A DNA stretch of 64,000 nucleotides, from NCBI GenBank assembly GCA_964247055.1, contig OZ176051.1:3906001-3970000 (forward strand), given 5' to 3'. The position numbers were made by a program, and so were the translations under genes. Below are positions 22,301 through 34,624 of this stretch, in pieces. Below the pieces are notes generated by a model. The model saw only the letters and a list, made by a program, of their open reading frames with translations. It was not told the origin of the DNA and did no database searches. Within the stretch, counting starts at the first letter, position 1, and each line of letters begins with the position of its first letter. This stretch comes from Paragordius varius (taxonomy: Eukaryota; Animalia; Nematomorpha).

Positions 22301-24798
22301 ATTTGATTTTATGTAAAGTATGTTTTAAAATTATGGCATTAAAAAGCTTGTTTAAACATATTTATTTTTAACAATATCACACTTATCCTTTTTATTGGAT
22401 ACTTTGCTTATAACATTTTTATTTTAAAAAGCTTATCGATATTTTTTATCCTTAAAAATATATTTCTAAACTGTTTAAGTATCCAAAGGAGTATTTAATT
22501 ATATGCAATATCAAACGTTAACGAATTTATTTTTTTATCATTTCTCGAAAAATGTTTGATATCTGTACTTTTTTTTATTAATCCCCCAAAAATTAACAAA
22601 AATTTCTTAAACACTTTAGTTCTGAAACAACAACCAATGAAAGTAGTACTCCTGATGAGCAGACTCAACTTAACACGTCTAATCAAATATTTACTGCACC
22701 TATATTAAAACAACCAACCTGGTTTTGTGAGGTGTGTTATTGTGAAAATTCTTGTGATGCCAACAAGTGTCTTGCATGTGAAAGTGTTAGAAAAGTTATT
22801 GCTAATCCAGTTTCAAATCAATTTTCCGAACAACCTTTGGAAATGGCGATTCAAACTAATGATCACAAGACTGAATTTGACGAAAAAAATACTAGTCTCC
22901 TATCTAATAAAAGTTTATATTATGCGTTTAAGTTATATGAGCTTTATATATATCAGGGATTTTTATGCATGTTTCATTTATTTGGTGGTGTTACTCGTAA
23001 AAATTTGCTTTGTATTTAGTCATGAATGATTTTTTAATGTACTTTTCCAGTTTTGCTAAAACTATATTTTTCATTTAAATTTTTAATTTGATGTCAAATA
23101 AAATACCTTTTATTTCCAAATTTTTTGTTTGCAATAAATGTGAATAAGTATTTTTATTAAACGAATATCATATAGCTAAAATATTTGTTATCAAATTTTA
23201 CCTAAAATTAAACAATTATATACCTCTAAGTAACATTCAATTTTCGGTATATATATAGGTTTGGTGTCAGAAATGCCAAGCAAATTTTCTTTTGCATTTA
23301 CTTTGCCTGTACCGACGGTTAAAACACCACTTTCTGATAATAAAATATCATCGTTTTCGTTTGATTTACCATCTAAAGTTGAAAAAATAGCAAAATCCCC
23401 TTTGGAAACAAGCCATACTGTTGATGAGGTTGGTGAGGTATATAGTAAATTAAAAAAAACCTAAATTCTGAGATGAAAGATAAAAAGTAAAAGGCTTTTT
23501 TTGTAAAAAAAGCTATTTTATATAACCCATTATAGAAAATTTGAGTTCATTAATTTATATGCTTACTATCCCTTTTCGTAGCCCAAAACGATAGGTTTTA
23601 GAATATAAAACAAGGATTAAAAAATATTAGTTTTTTATTATTTATGTTTTGTCTTTTTTATATATTTTTTTATCGAGATATTGGATTTCCAAAATTTTAC
23701 AATTTTTTATAAAGACTTGTTGTAATTATATTTAAAAAACGCCTTATCTAGCATTTTTTCTAATTGAATCGAGATATTTGATTAAATAAAACCTTTCAAT
23801 AAAAATGTACATTTAATTCTTATGTTAACATTTTTTTTTCATTTTATATACATTTATTTAGGGAGAGGGAGATGAGAGTATAAATGATAATCCTGTTACC
23901 CCATCTAAAATGGAAAGGGAGGAAAAGGGTCAACATGTGCTATTTGCCGAACGTGCTAAATTATATAGGTTTTTTTCTTACCCATACAATATTTTACCTT
24001 TTTTTGTATTCAGATAAGAGTTAATTTTATCTATAATAATAAATTTTTATCATAATTTTTTTACTTCAGGGTATTGAGGCAATTTTTACTGTTTTTGTGT
24101 ACAATTAATGATTTTACTGGTCATTTTTTGAAATCACCTCCATGAAATTAGTTGAAATTTAATTTTATTTTGCTGGATTTTGTAAATTTTCTAATATAGT
24201 AAAGACAAATATTTTAGTTTTGATGTTTCTCCATAAATTAACTGCCTCTTTTTTTAATCCAATGTTGAAAATTATCTCAATAATTATAAGGTTATAGATT
24301 TTTTGAAAATGAATAATTGTAAAACTGATTTTTAGGTATAAGATTTATATAAATTGACTATGCATATAAATTTTTTTAAATTACCCCTATATAATTATTA
24401 AAATTTATGCAAACTCTATATAAAATACTGGTGAAAAACCTTGATGCTACTAAAATCATCAATTTTTTTGTTCAACCATATATAGATATGACACTGAAAC
24501 CAAAGAATGGAAAGAGCGTGGATTGGGTTTGCTTAAAATACTTCAAGAAATGCCGCCAACTGAAAAAGCGAATTCTGCCCACAAATTAGGTCCAAATGCC
24601 AAACCTGGCAAAAAACGTATAATTCTAAGGAGAGATCACATATATAAATTGGCCTGTAATCATTATATACCGAATCGTGCCAAACTCATACCATTTGGAA
24701 ACCATACTAATGTTAATTCATCAGAGGCACGTGATAAGACAAAAGATGAAGGTTTGATATCCAATTTTTTGAAATTAAATCTCATGGTTTGATATCTA

Positions 24799-24854
<56 letters not shown>

Positions 24855-25410
24855 TTTTTGTTGATAGATGATATGCCAATAAAAATTTGCTTTTAAAAAA
24901 TATTTTTTATGGAATTTGTTAAGAAAATTTAATTGGCTTATACATAAGCTAAAAATTCTCTTTTTATTTTAACCCAAACAATTTATTTTTTTATTCTTAT
25001 GGTCGCGTTTTTAACAAACCAAAATTTTATAAAAATAAAATTATCTTTATATTGAAACGTTTTTTTAAGTAGGTAGTTAAGATTTTTGTTAGCTATTCAA
25101 CAAACTAGATAAAACATTTGTTTTTGATAATATTACAGTAAAAATTATGTTTTAATTTACGATGTTTTAATTAGTAAAATATAAAAAAAGTTTTTTGTTA
25201 ATTTTTTTTTATTTTTTGTTATCTAGGAGTTACGCGTTACAGTTGGTATGCTTTAGATTTTGCACATCCTGATGCGCTAGAAGAAGGCAAAGATACTTCA
25301 AAGGGACGCAATGAATTTTTTACGGCTAAATTTAAAGTTTGTTTGAAAAAAAATTTGTTATTTATAAGAATTTTATAAATAAAAACTGTTTTAACATTTA
25401 TATAATTTGT

Positions 25411-25449
<39 letters not shown>

Positions 25450-28400
25450 TAGACTCCCCAAATAGCTCAGCAATTTAAGGATATTTTTGAGAATGATCTG
25501 GAAACAAAAGTATTATATAGTTCTTCGATAACCTTTATTTTGTTGGCGTTTAGAGTCAAATATTTTAAGTACTTTTAAACGACCAAATTATTAACGTGTT
25601 TAAAAAATATTTATTATAACAATTTATCTATATTACCTACTTTCTTTCGATGAGGATGTAATTATGTACAATTGAAACATTTTTTTGTCAACCGCGCATT
25701 CATTGTTTATTATCTACTTTTAATATATAAAAAAAATAATTAAACACACCAACATAAGATAAAACAGGACACACTCTATTTTTCAGATTTCGACCACCGA
25801 ATTTCAAGTTTTATTTTTTCAATAAACTTTATTTAATTATAAATTAATTAAGACTGTTAATTCTGATGAGGATGAAATTACCATTGTTTATGATAACATG
25901 CCAGCACCTGAGCTCGTTTCCAAAGCCCAATCGCTTAAAATGTCACCCTTCTTTTATTCATATTTGGAGAAAAAGGAACCTCACCATATATTATCATTTA
26001 CTCCTGACAACTCCAACGCAGCATTAAAAACAGGTATTAAAAAAAAATTTTTTGCTTTAAATTATGATTCGTTAGAATTTAAAAAGGAAAAGAATAAAAA
26101 GGAAAAGAGTAATTTATTGTACTAAGGCATATTTTTGATAAGGGTATTCTATAAATAGTGTCTGATATATTTTTTTCCGCCATATATAAGGGACCTGATT
26201 TTTAATAACGAGAGCCTATCGTAATAATGGATTGAAGGAATAGAAATATAAATTGGTAGCGCATTTGTCAGCATAAAAATTTAATATCAAAAGGTTTTAT
26301 ATGAAAAATATATCAACTTTTACTCAATTTAGACCTAATTTTCTAAACTAGTTTAGTTGAACACAGAAATGTTTTTACTAACATTTTTTATGTTGAATTT
26401 TAGAGACAAAATGTATGACTTGTGAATCTTTAGCTGATGAGAGTCATATTGATAATGTAAATAATGGGCTGTTAAAATCTGAAGGTGTTAAAAAAGAAAT
26501 TTTATCCACTGATAAAGAAATCACGCCAGAAAAGAATGGTAACATAATTTTTAATTTAAGACTATACTTTATTAAATATTACATAATAAATTTCTTTTTA
26601 TAAATAATATTTATATGTATCTGCATTTTTTAATAATAGAAACGATATCACCTATTACCGCTACGAATAAAATGATACACAGCGATAAAAATGGGTATCT
26701 AATTGACGTATCTACCCAAGAATACATTCTATTTGATGAACGAGCTAAAATATACAGGTTAATTTGTTTTTGAAAGTTAAAAAAGATTTTATAACCCATT
26801 AAATATCACGTAAAAATTTATTTTTTTAATAAATTTTTTTTGGTAAAAATTAAAATGTTGTCTAAATATTGTTTTGTTTTCTAAATATAGTTTATAATAT
26901 ATTTTAGCATACTGATATTTTTAATTTTTTGTGAAAGATAACTTATTTTTCAATTTATATGCGGATTAATAATATTTCATAAAACAAAATTGAAAAAAAA
27001 CTTAGGCCTAATCTATATAAATATGAAAATAAATTAAAAAACATGATTTAAAAAAATAAGAATTCTTTTATAATAGACGAATTGTAATTTGCGAATTTGA
27101 TGATTTTTAACGTTTTAAACCTTCTTATTTGTGATAATCCCATAACATTAAATTGATTTATTGATCAATTATATTTGATGATTTGATCGTTAGATTCGAT
27201 AGCGCAGAAAAAGCTTGGAAGGAGAGAGGCTTAGGTCAAATGTTAGTTTTGGCTCACCCAAGCATTCTTGCCCAAAATTCTCCTGCTGCTGATAATGAAG
27301 GTGAAATTTTGCGCAATATTGAAAGCACGCGATTACTATTTAGACGAGAACAGGTGCTTAAATTGGCATGTAATCATCGCATAGATTCTACACTTAAACT
27401 TGTCCCTGGTCCTATGACAGAAAATAAAAGTTACATTAATTTATAATTATATTAAATTTAATTAATGATGATATTTTGGTTTTTTACATAATAAATAACC
27501 CTTCTGACCGATGTAAATGCTGCATTTTATTATTACCACAAATATAAAATGTATGTTTAACTTAATTAAACAAAAGGGAATTTACATTTAATAGTTACCA
27601 AACAAAGGGGAATTTACATTAAATAGTTTCGGAAAGTTTAAAGCTTTTAACATTTATACAATACAATTATTTTATATTATTTTAAATCCCGCAATAAACA
27701 AGTGCTCTTGAAAGTTTTTTGACTCGATATTGTTTATAGTGACTAACGCGCCTATCCCATTTTTTTAATAATTAAACATAGTTACTAAGCCTTTTTATCA
27801 TAAACTTTTCCGATTTATAAATAAGGTTTTCTGGAAGTTATGTCCGCCCTTTATAAAAACGATTGCTATGGGTAAAAATACTGTATGTTAAATGAATAAT
27901 GAATGCTCTTTCATAATTTCTCAGATAAATTGAGTAATGATGGTCCGACCTCTTATACATGGCGAGCCTTAGATTTTAGCAGTGAAGATATTGTTGGGAC
28001 ATCCCTAACATTGGCAAATGGTATTGAAGAAAAATTTACAGTTCGCTTCAAGGTAAATATATATTTATTTAGTATATTTATTCATATTTTTTGTAATTTT
28101 CTTTTTATTTGCAATTTAGACCTCGGATCAAGCTAAACGCTTTTTTGATTGCGTTGAAGCTTGTAAGATTGGAAAGTATCCTAAGCCATTAACAACAAAA
28201 GGTAATTCATAAACTAATTTTTTGAAAATAAATATCAATTAAAGGCACTCCTTAAGATTAATTTTCTAAATATTTTAAACTATGGAAATACTCATAGATT
28301 TACCTCAAATTTTATCGGCCATAAAATCCCACAACACACCAGAAATAAAACCAGAACACGCTGAAACCAATGATGAAAATGATAAGGACACAATTAACAT

Positions 28401-31400
28401 TAAAAGTCAAGAGATTACACCACCTTTGATTGCAAGCAGCCACAAATTAAATGTTTGTGAAAATAATTTAACCAATTTCTCAAAACTTTTCCCAACTCCT
28501 GCCGTTAAAGAGAACGAAAAAAGTGATAAAAATATAACCAATCTTGTGGGCAAAATGATTGGTATGTTAGTCTTTTTTTTATTATCTAAAAAATTAATAT
28601 ATATATATACCATTTACAATTCAAATTCACCCTAAAACAATTCAAATTCACCCTAAAAATAAAATTATATGTTTTCGGGCTAATAAAACTTAACATTTAT
28701 ATGAAATAAGGCTATATGGCTTATTTATTATTTTTTCTGTATTATTTTAATTTTAAACAAAATTTTATTTGAGGGTGAATTTGAATTGTTCAAGAGGGAA
28801 TTTGTATTATTTAAGGGTGAATTTAAAGTAAATGATAATATATATATATATATATTCACTATCTCCATTACTTAAATTAGATACCAGTATTGAAAAGCCG
28901 TTTACGCTAGACAATTTAAAAATATCAATTCCTTCAAGTAGTTCAACTATTACATCACACAACGCTCTATTTTCAATCCCAAACACATCTATATTGAGTA
29001 TAATATAATTTTTAATTATGCTTATTAGGTTTAGAGTCTCAGATATTTTTATGGATTATTTAAACTTTAAATATATAAGTTTTGTAATTTGAATATTATA
29101 GCTTTTAAACTAACTTTCATAAATATAAGCTTGATTTAATTTTGTTATAAAGGAATTTAAATTATACTGCGAAATTTATAAACTAAAGACAGGCATTTTT
29201 ATAAGACACAACCATAATTTTTATGAAAAAACCTATCTATTTTGGGGTGCAAATTATGGAATGGAGATGTAAATTGTTAATATAGCCTAAATTATATATT
29301 TTTATATCTAATTTATGTGGTTAGAAAAGTAAAGTTAAAAAAAATTGCTATTGTCTTTTAAAAAAATATTTATCTTTTAGTTTTTCTCCTTGTTTTTATA
29401 CTAATTTTATTTTTTACTGTAATTTTAACTAGGTGGACTGTCGGATAAAACAAGCTCTATTTTTTCCATACCCTCTACTACTTTAACGAGCAACAATAGT
29501 TCAACACTTTCATTCCCTAAAATTTCGTTTAATTTTTCTACGACCTTGATGACACCTAATGTAACCAATTCAAACGCACTTAACAACGTAATAACTGGAA
29601 ATAAGGAACAACCATTATCTTTGGCAAATAAGGCAACAAGCAACATTGTTTCAACATCAAATTCTTCTCTGTTTGGGTTTGGATTTAACTCTGGTGCAAA
29701 CACTTTGAGTTTTGGTAATATAAATTTATTTCTTTTGCATAATATGTTTAACGCAGTTTAACCAAAAAATGCGGGATTTTTATAAAATTATATGGAGCAA
29801 AAAAATGTAGTCTATTAATATAATAAATTGTTTAATTTAAGAAATGAAATATTAGTTTCGGAGCTAGTTGATTTCTATAAATAGAACGAAAAAATGATCA
29901 GAAAATTGTTGTTCACAACAAATAAATTTACAGCTCTACATAATAATTTTGATCGTAATTACTTTTTATCTTATTAAAATGTTTTAATAAAATATCCGAT
30001 TTTTAAGCTCAATTGGCAACAAACGTTACCTCGACTAACAATGCACCCGCTGGTAAATTAGAAGAAACACAATCTTCTCAAAAAGCATCGTCAATCTCTA
30101 CTGAAAACAATCCAGAGAATAATAAAACTTTTGGATTTCAGGGTGGTTTTGGATTTGGCTCAAATAATACTTCGGGTGCGTTTTCTTTTGCTACTTTAGC
30201 CGCTTCAAATGCAAAAACGGTAGTTGGCGATAATACAAAAAAAGAAAGTGATGAAATCAAACCATTTTGGGGGAGTTCTACTGGTAAGGATTATATATAT
30301 ATATATATATATTTACTTTTAATTATGTCATAGATAAGTGTAAAATTCAAAAGAGGAAATTCACATCAATAAAATGATCTTTTATCGTTATCAAATTTTA
30401 TTTTGCCTTTACGTTAAAATAATTAATAATTTAAGAGAGAAACGCATTACTTTTACTTTGTTTGCAACTACTTTAGCAGATAACACTAAATGGACATTTG
30501 GATCATCCACAAATATTAATCCATCGTTATTAACGCCAAAACCGTTATTTGCTTTACAAAATAATTCAATCCAAAAGGTAGATTTAAATAATTAGAAAAA
30601 TGTTATTATTAACATGTTTAGTTGACCTATTCATTTTTCCAATCCTTTTTGTGATGTTAAAATCTATTTTTTTTTGTATTAAAAGCTTAAGGCGTCATAG
30701 TAGGTAGGGCGCCGGACTCTCACACTTTGTGCCAGAGTTTAAGCCTCGAAACTACGCATTTTTTCCATCATCACTGTCAGCCCTGGGCAGGCGAGTGTTA
30801 AAGCCTTCTCATGTCCGGATACAATTTAAGTCCTTACCCTTTAATAAAAAAGGAAAAAAGAGACTCTAAATTGTATATTATTATTGTATTAAAAGCTTAA
30901 GCATTTACATTATTTCGACTAAAGCTTCACTTAAATTTATCTATTGCTTTTGATAAAATTCGAATTTTAGCTTACCAAATTTTCAGCCTTTGTTTATGAT
31001 TTTTTTACCATTATAAACAATCATCTAAACAAGAGCTGATTGAAATTGGATTTCAGCGAAACATTTTTATTATAAAAAATAATTTTTTTAGAATTTTATT
31101 TTTGGTTATATCAAATAATTAATAGGGGCCCTGTAATACTGTATTTATGGCCCGTTCATCAAATACCGATAAAATATGATAATTTAAATCTATAATATCA
31201 AATGCCATCTCGAATTTATAATTTTTTTATAGTCACTGAGCCATACCCCAGTAGACAATGAGGAGGGAGGAAGCGGTGCTGAAGACTCTAATGATACCCT
31301 TGCCGCTTATGATAAAACGAACGAAATCATAAATGCTCCCATAGTTGAATTAGTTAACGTCGTTACTGGTGAAGAAAATGAAACGCCCATTTTCAATGAA

Positions 31401-33050
31401 CGCGCAAAATTGTATAGGTAGGTTTATTTTTGTGATGTGATGTAACAAAAATTAATAAGGGTTGGCGATTTAAAAAGTTAATATTGGGTAAAAAATGTCA
31501 TATTTTGGATTTTTTGAAATTTTTGATTTTATTGTCAATATAATTAATCACAAGCAATTTATGTGTGTACATATCCGTGTGATACAGCATATATAAGCGA
31601 TTCTGTTTTTTATCGGGCAAATATGAATAAAATCTGGCTTTAATAGTTTATACATATTTTTATTGATAGGTTAATTTTCCATTATTTATATGATTTTTTG
31701 TTTCACTATAGATTTGATAACAATACTAAGGAATGGAAAGAAAGAGCTGTTGGTCAATTCAAAATTTTGAAATCTACCTCAAGCTCAGATAATACTCCAT
31801 CGTATCGTATTCTTATGCGTCGCGAAATTATTCATAAGGTATTTTTTAATTTATAACGAATTTTTTTTTAATTTTTTTTTAAAAAACTGATCTAATAATT
31901 TCGTTCGTAATTTAAAATTCAATAGAAATTTTAATTATAAAGTATAAACTAAAAGACAAATATTTTTCAAAAACTGTATTTTATATTTCTTATTTATCCT
32001 ATCGTTTTGGGTTGTAAAGGAATACAGATAATTCCTAACAAATTAAATAATATAAATTCACAATTGTAATTATCTTCTAAAAATTAGGGTAGATAAAAAG
32101 TATGGTTGGCTTTTAAAAAATTTGTCTAGTCTAATTATAATTTTTATACACACCTATACTCCTATTTTCCACTAACAAAAAATGATTGAGCTATCCTTTT
32201 TTAAATAAATATATTTATAATTTATATTTTGTCTTTATAATTTATATAATTTATCTCAAGGTTGCCTGTAATCATCGCATAACACCAACACTAAAATTTG
32301 AACCATTTAAATCGGACGCCAAAGGGACATCTCTAACTTGGCAATGTATGGATTATAGTGAAGAGCCCGAGTCTGGCTCTCCACCTGGCCGTATAGAAAC
32401 TTTTACTGTCCGATTCAAGGTATATAAAAGAATGCATTTTTGCTTTAGATATGTTTTTATTTTGAAAGAGTTTGGAATATGCTTTATTTTGGTTTTTTTA
32501 AATATCTATAAACCATGAGATAGTGTTTTTGGCGTCTGCTTAGTTTCGTTTATCATAGAATATGGATGAAAATAAAAAAAGCATTTTTAACTTTGTAAAT
32601 TGAATTTTTTCTTACCAAAGAGTATGGATTAATATTTGCTATATTGAAAATAGTAATGCAATGGTTCATTATTAAATTTTAATAGAGTTTGAATTTTTCG
32701 GTTAAACTTTGTTGTGTGGTTTTTTTAGGTTTGAAACTATGATATTTCCAACGTTTAAACGCTTAAAGAAGATTATGGATTATCAAATTTGCATTATATG
32801 ATTAAAATGCTAAAGAATTACAATGAAAAAAAATAAATTTAAAATATATTTTTTTTCATACGCTTTTAGGATAATAGTAGGAGATGATATACTAACTTTT
32901 TCAAAATTATAATTTTAAATTGGTTTTTTTTTTCGATATTTTACAAATCTATATATCATTTTTTCCATTACATTTACATTTTAGAATGTCCAAATGGTCC
33001 AACAATTTCTTGAATGTGTGACAAAATGTCAAAATGAAATAAAGAATTAA
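7388..33050 (+). CDS. RANBP2: RanBP2/Nup358-like nucleoporin, ~34 exons: N-terminal TPR, one RanBP2 zinc finger, three Ran-binding domains, one IR (SUMO E3-type) repeat, FG repeats, no cyclophilin domain
   Basis: Exons 7388-7456, 7479-7552, 7576-7689, 7713-7756, 7783-7832, 7861-7920, 7947-8001 and 8027-8200 encode DKKLRGYIVAKLAFEKYGKMDVAKKYLDLYLEE...LQKEVLLKICNCL...KKWLN...VVRQLK, matching human KSMKGFYFAKLYYEAKEYDLAKKYICTYI...TQKDLVLKIAELL...KYWLE...IYKLK. The frame resumes at 19279 (phase 1 on both sides). ZnF WFCEVCYCENSCDANKCLACES at ~22720. RBDs with AKLYR/WKERG/KLACNH motifs at ~23862-25509, 26640-28200 and 31232-33050. Stop TAA at 33048-33050. Confidence 0.92.
8242..8490 (+). repeat. 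~12 x 21-bp subterminal array (consensus GAAACGTTTTCCCAGTCAATC)
   Basis: Direct tandem copies seen in the sequence. Confidence 0.95.
8865..9149. mobile_element. Degenerate hAT-type MITE nested in the first foldback copy
   Basis: Ends CAAGGG... and ...GCGGCCCGCGAAGG...GTTGGACACCCTTG. The internal segment (atgcaaaaatatgcccacaaaatctcagtaa) is homologous to the element at 49639-49921. No TSD was recovered. Confidence 0.6.
9520..9790. repeat. Palindromic junction of 21-bp arrays (9 reverse units then 4 forward units)
   Basis: Orientation switches at ~9706 (gactgggaaaatg|acgttttcccaagc). The inner CCATTT termini are missing. Confidence 0.9.
10525..11551 (+). pseudogene. Tc1/IS630-family DD34E transposase, disrupted
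   Basis: HTH-like N-terminus (KDLDINYNTARQI...RGG), IYLDECG, MDNARIH and FLSPYSYMLNPIE with 34 residues between the second D and the E. There is a frameshift in an A-run near 10826 and an in-frame TAA at 11237-11239. Confidence 0.9.
11764..18655 (-). mobile_element. Non-autonomous Helitron (6,892 bp) inserted into the right arm of the Tc1-like element
   Basis: On the minus strand it starts TCTATATATTTATAAAAATGG and ends CTAG, with hairpin CTCGgGCTGC-GTA-GCAGCaCGAG just before the end. The insertion lies between A and T with no TSD: the empty site atcctaata|ttacgctg is reconstructed from the intact inverted arm at ~9790-9870. Confidence 0.88.
11873..18614. repeat. Tandem array of 13 monomers with A(542)/B(514) higher-order 1,056-bp periodicity
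   Basis: Monomer starts (agatcacaaag) at 11873, 12415, 12929, 13471, 13985, 14454, 14968, 15510, 16024, 16566, 17044, 17558, 18100 and 18614. One A unit has a 73-bp deletion (469 bp) and one unit is a 478-bp B/A hybrid. Confidence 0.95.
18724..18975 (-). repeat. ~12 x 21-bp subterminal array, right end
   Basis: Reverse-oriented copies of the 21-mer ending in GACTGGGAAATGG-TA. Confidence 0.95.
24797..24850. repeat. (TA)n microsatellite, one of many intronic TA runs
   Basis: Direct reading. Similar runs occur at ~8220, 18976, 25420, 30295, 56716 and 57148. Confidence 0.9.
28610..28836. mobile_element. MITE with CCATTT...AAATG termini and subterminal CAAATTCACCC direct repeats
   Basis: TA-flanked inverted ends CCATTTACAATTCAAATTCACCC / GGGTGAATTT...GTAAATGA. 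Related to 35160-35416 and 62455-62716. Confidence 0.8.
30692..30883 (+). mobile_element. tRNA-head SINE-like retroposon in a RanBP2 intron
   Basis: Flanked by the 18-bp direct repeat TTGTATTAAAAGCTTAAG (30674-30691 and 30884-30901). GC-rich head with A-box-like TAGTAGGTAGG and B-box-like GAGTTTAAGCC, and an (ATT)n-like tail. Confidence 0.72.
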
Positions 33051-34624
33051 CCTGGTCTCTCAATTGACACAATTTATCAGTCATGTGTTGAAAAAAAACA
33101 TTACATTTTTATTTTTTATACTATTATTATTTTCTTTTTTTCTTGAATTTATATTATCATTAATTTGTGTGTGTGGATTACGTATTTTTAAAACTATATT
33201 CTATTTTTTCGAAAAACATGATTTTTTTGCACAATTGTTAAATTTGTGATGTATATATTGAATACAATAATAAAAACTCATTTTTACACGCTGTAATAAA
33301 TTGTGTTTTATTCATAATCTATTTTTATAGTAAACACTCATATTTATCAACTAATTTTATACAGAACTGGGGGTTTTTACTAAAGTTATTTTTTGGTTTT
33401 CTTAAGGGACCAAGTTTTTTAATTACCATAATAATTGCAATGACACACTTATAAATTCTCTATTCATAATTATTTATAAATATTAATAACTCTAATTTTT
33501 CTGGTGTTTTATTTGTCATTGGCAAATATAAATTGTTTTTAGGTTGATAAAATCTTGTATTTTTATAGCTAGTTAAAACTAAAACAAAAGTAATTTTACA
33601 AAAACAAGGTTATCCCTGCCTATATTATATGTACAAATGTGTCTGGATAGATAATATAAAAAATATAAATCTCTATTAGTAAACAGGAAATTATCCATAT
33701 CTTAGCTTAAAACTAAACTCCACTGCAAGAAAATTAAGAATTCTTAATTTGACACAGTTTTAAAAGGACACACACATATAATCATTGAAATAATTAAAAA
33801 AATTCCCTTGTTTTTTCGTTTTAAGGCTACTAATTTTAAGCTTTTAAATTGTCTATGTCAATGTGCAAATAATTCAAGGTAAAGAAAGAAATACGGAGTG
33901 TTGGATAATAGTTTTAAATAAGAATGTCAATGTGAATTAACAATTTCCTTTAATTTATTGTTGTATTGGTAAAAAATTTTGTCATCATTAAAATATATAA
34001 AAATACTAAAATTGTATTATTAATTTCAAAATTAGCAATAGTGATAAATGCACAGCATACAATAAAAAATAATTGTAAAAAAAAGTATTATACAAATATT
34101 TCTGACTTAATAGGTTTTAACCTGGTGTGTGTGTTTTTTCTTAACAATATCCATTTTTAATAAGAATAATAATAGGAGAAATGATAATTTTTTATTGCTT
34201 TTTTTGTTAATTTTCCTAATCAATGAGGATTTGACAAAGCGTTTTTCCCCTCTAAAAAATAGAACATATTTTTTATATTTATCCCAATGTTTTATAGTAT
34301 GTATACTAAGTAACCTTTTAGGTTTAATAAAATAAAATTCATGGAAATTTCATTTGACAAAGTAAATACCTTAACATTCCAATCCAACATACTTTTTTCA
34401 AACTTATTTATCTATCACTATAAATCATAGAAAATATCCATCCATAAACTTAAAACTTTTTCCTTTTAAGTGATTTAAAATAAAAGATTTTTTTAGATTC
34501 CCGCGAAAATATTCGTAACATTCCATACCAACACACCTTTCACTGGATAATATATAGAAAAACCCCGCCTTAAATCACAGAAAATATTTATAATATTTTA
34601 AAAACAAATTTTATCATTGTTAAC

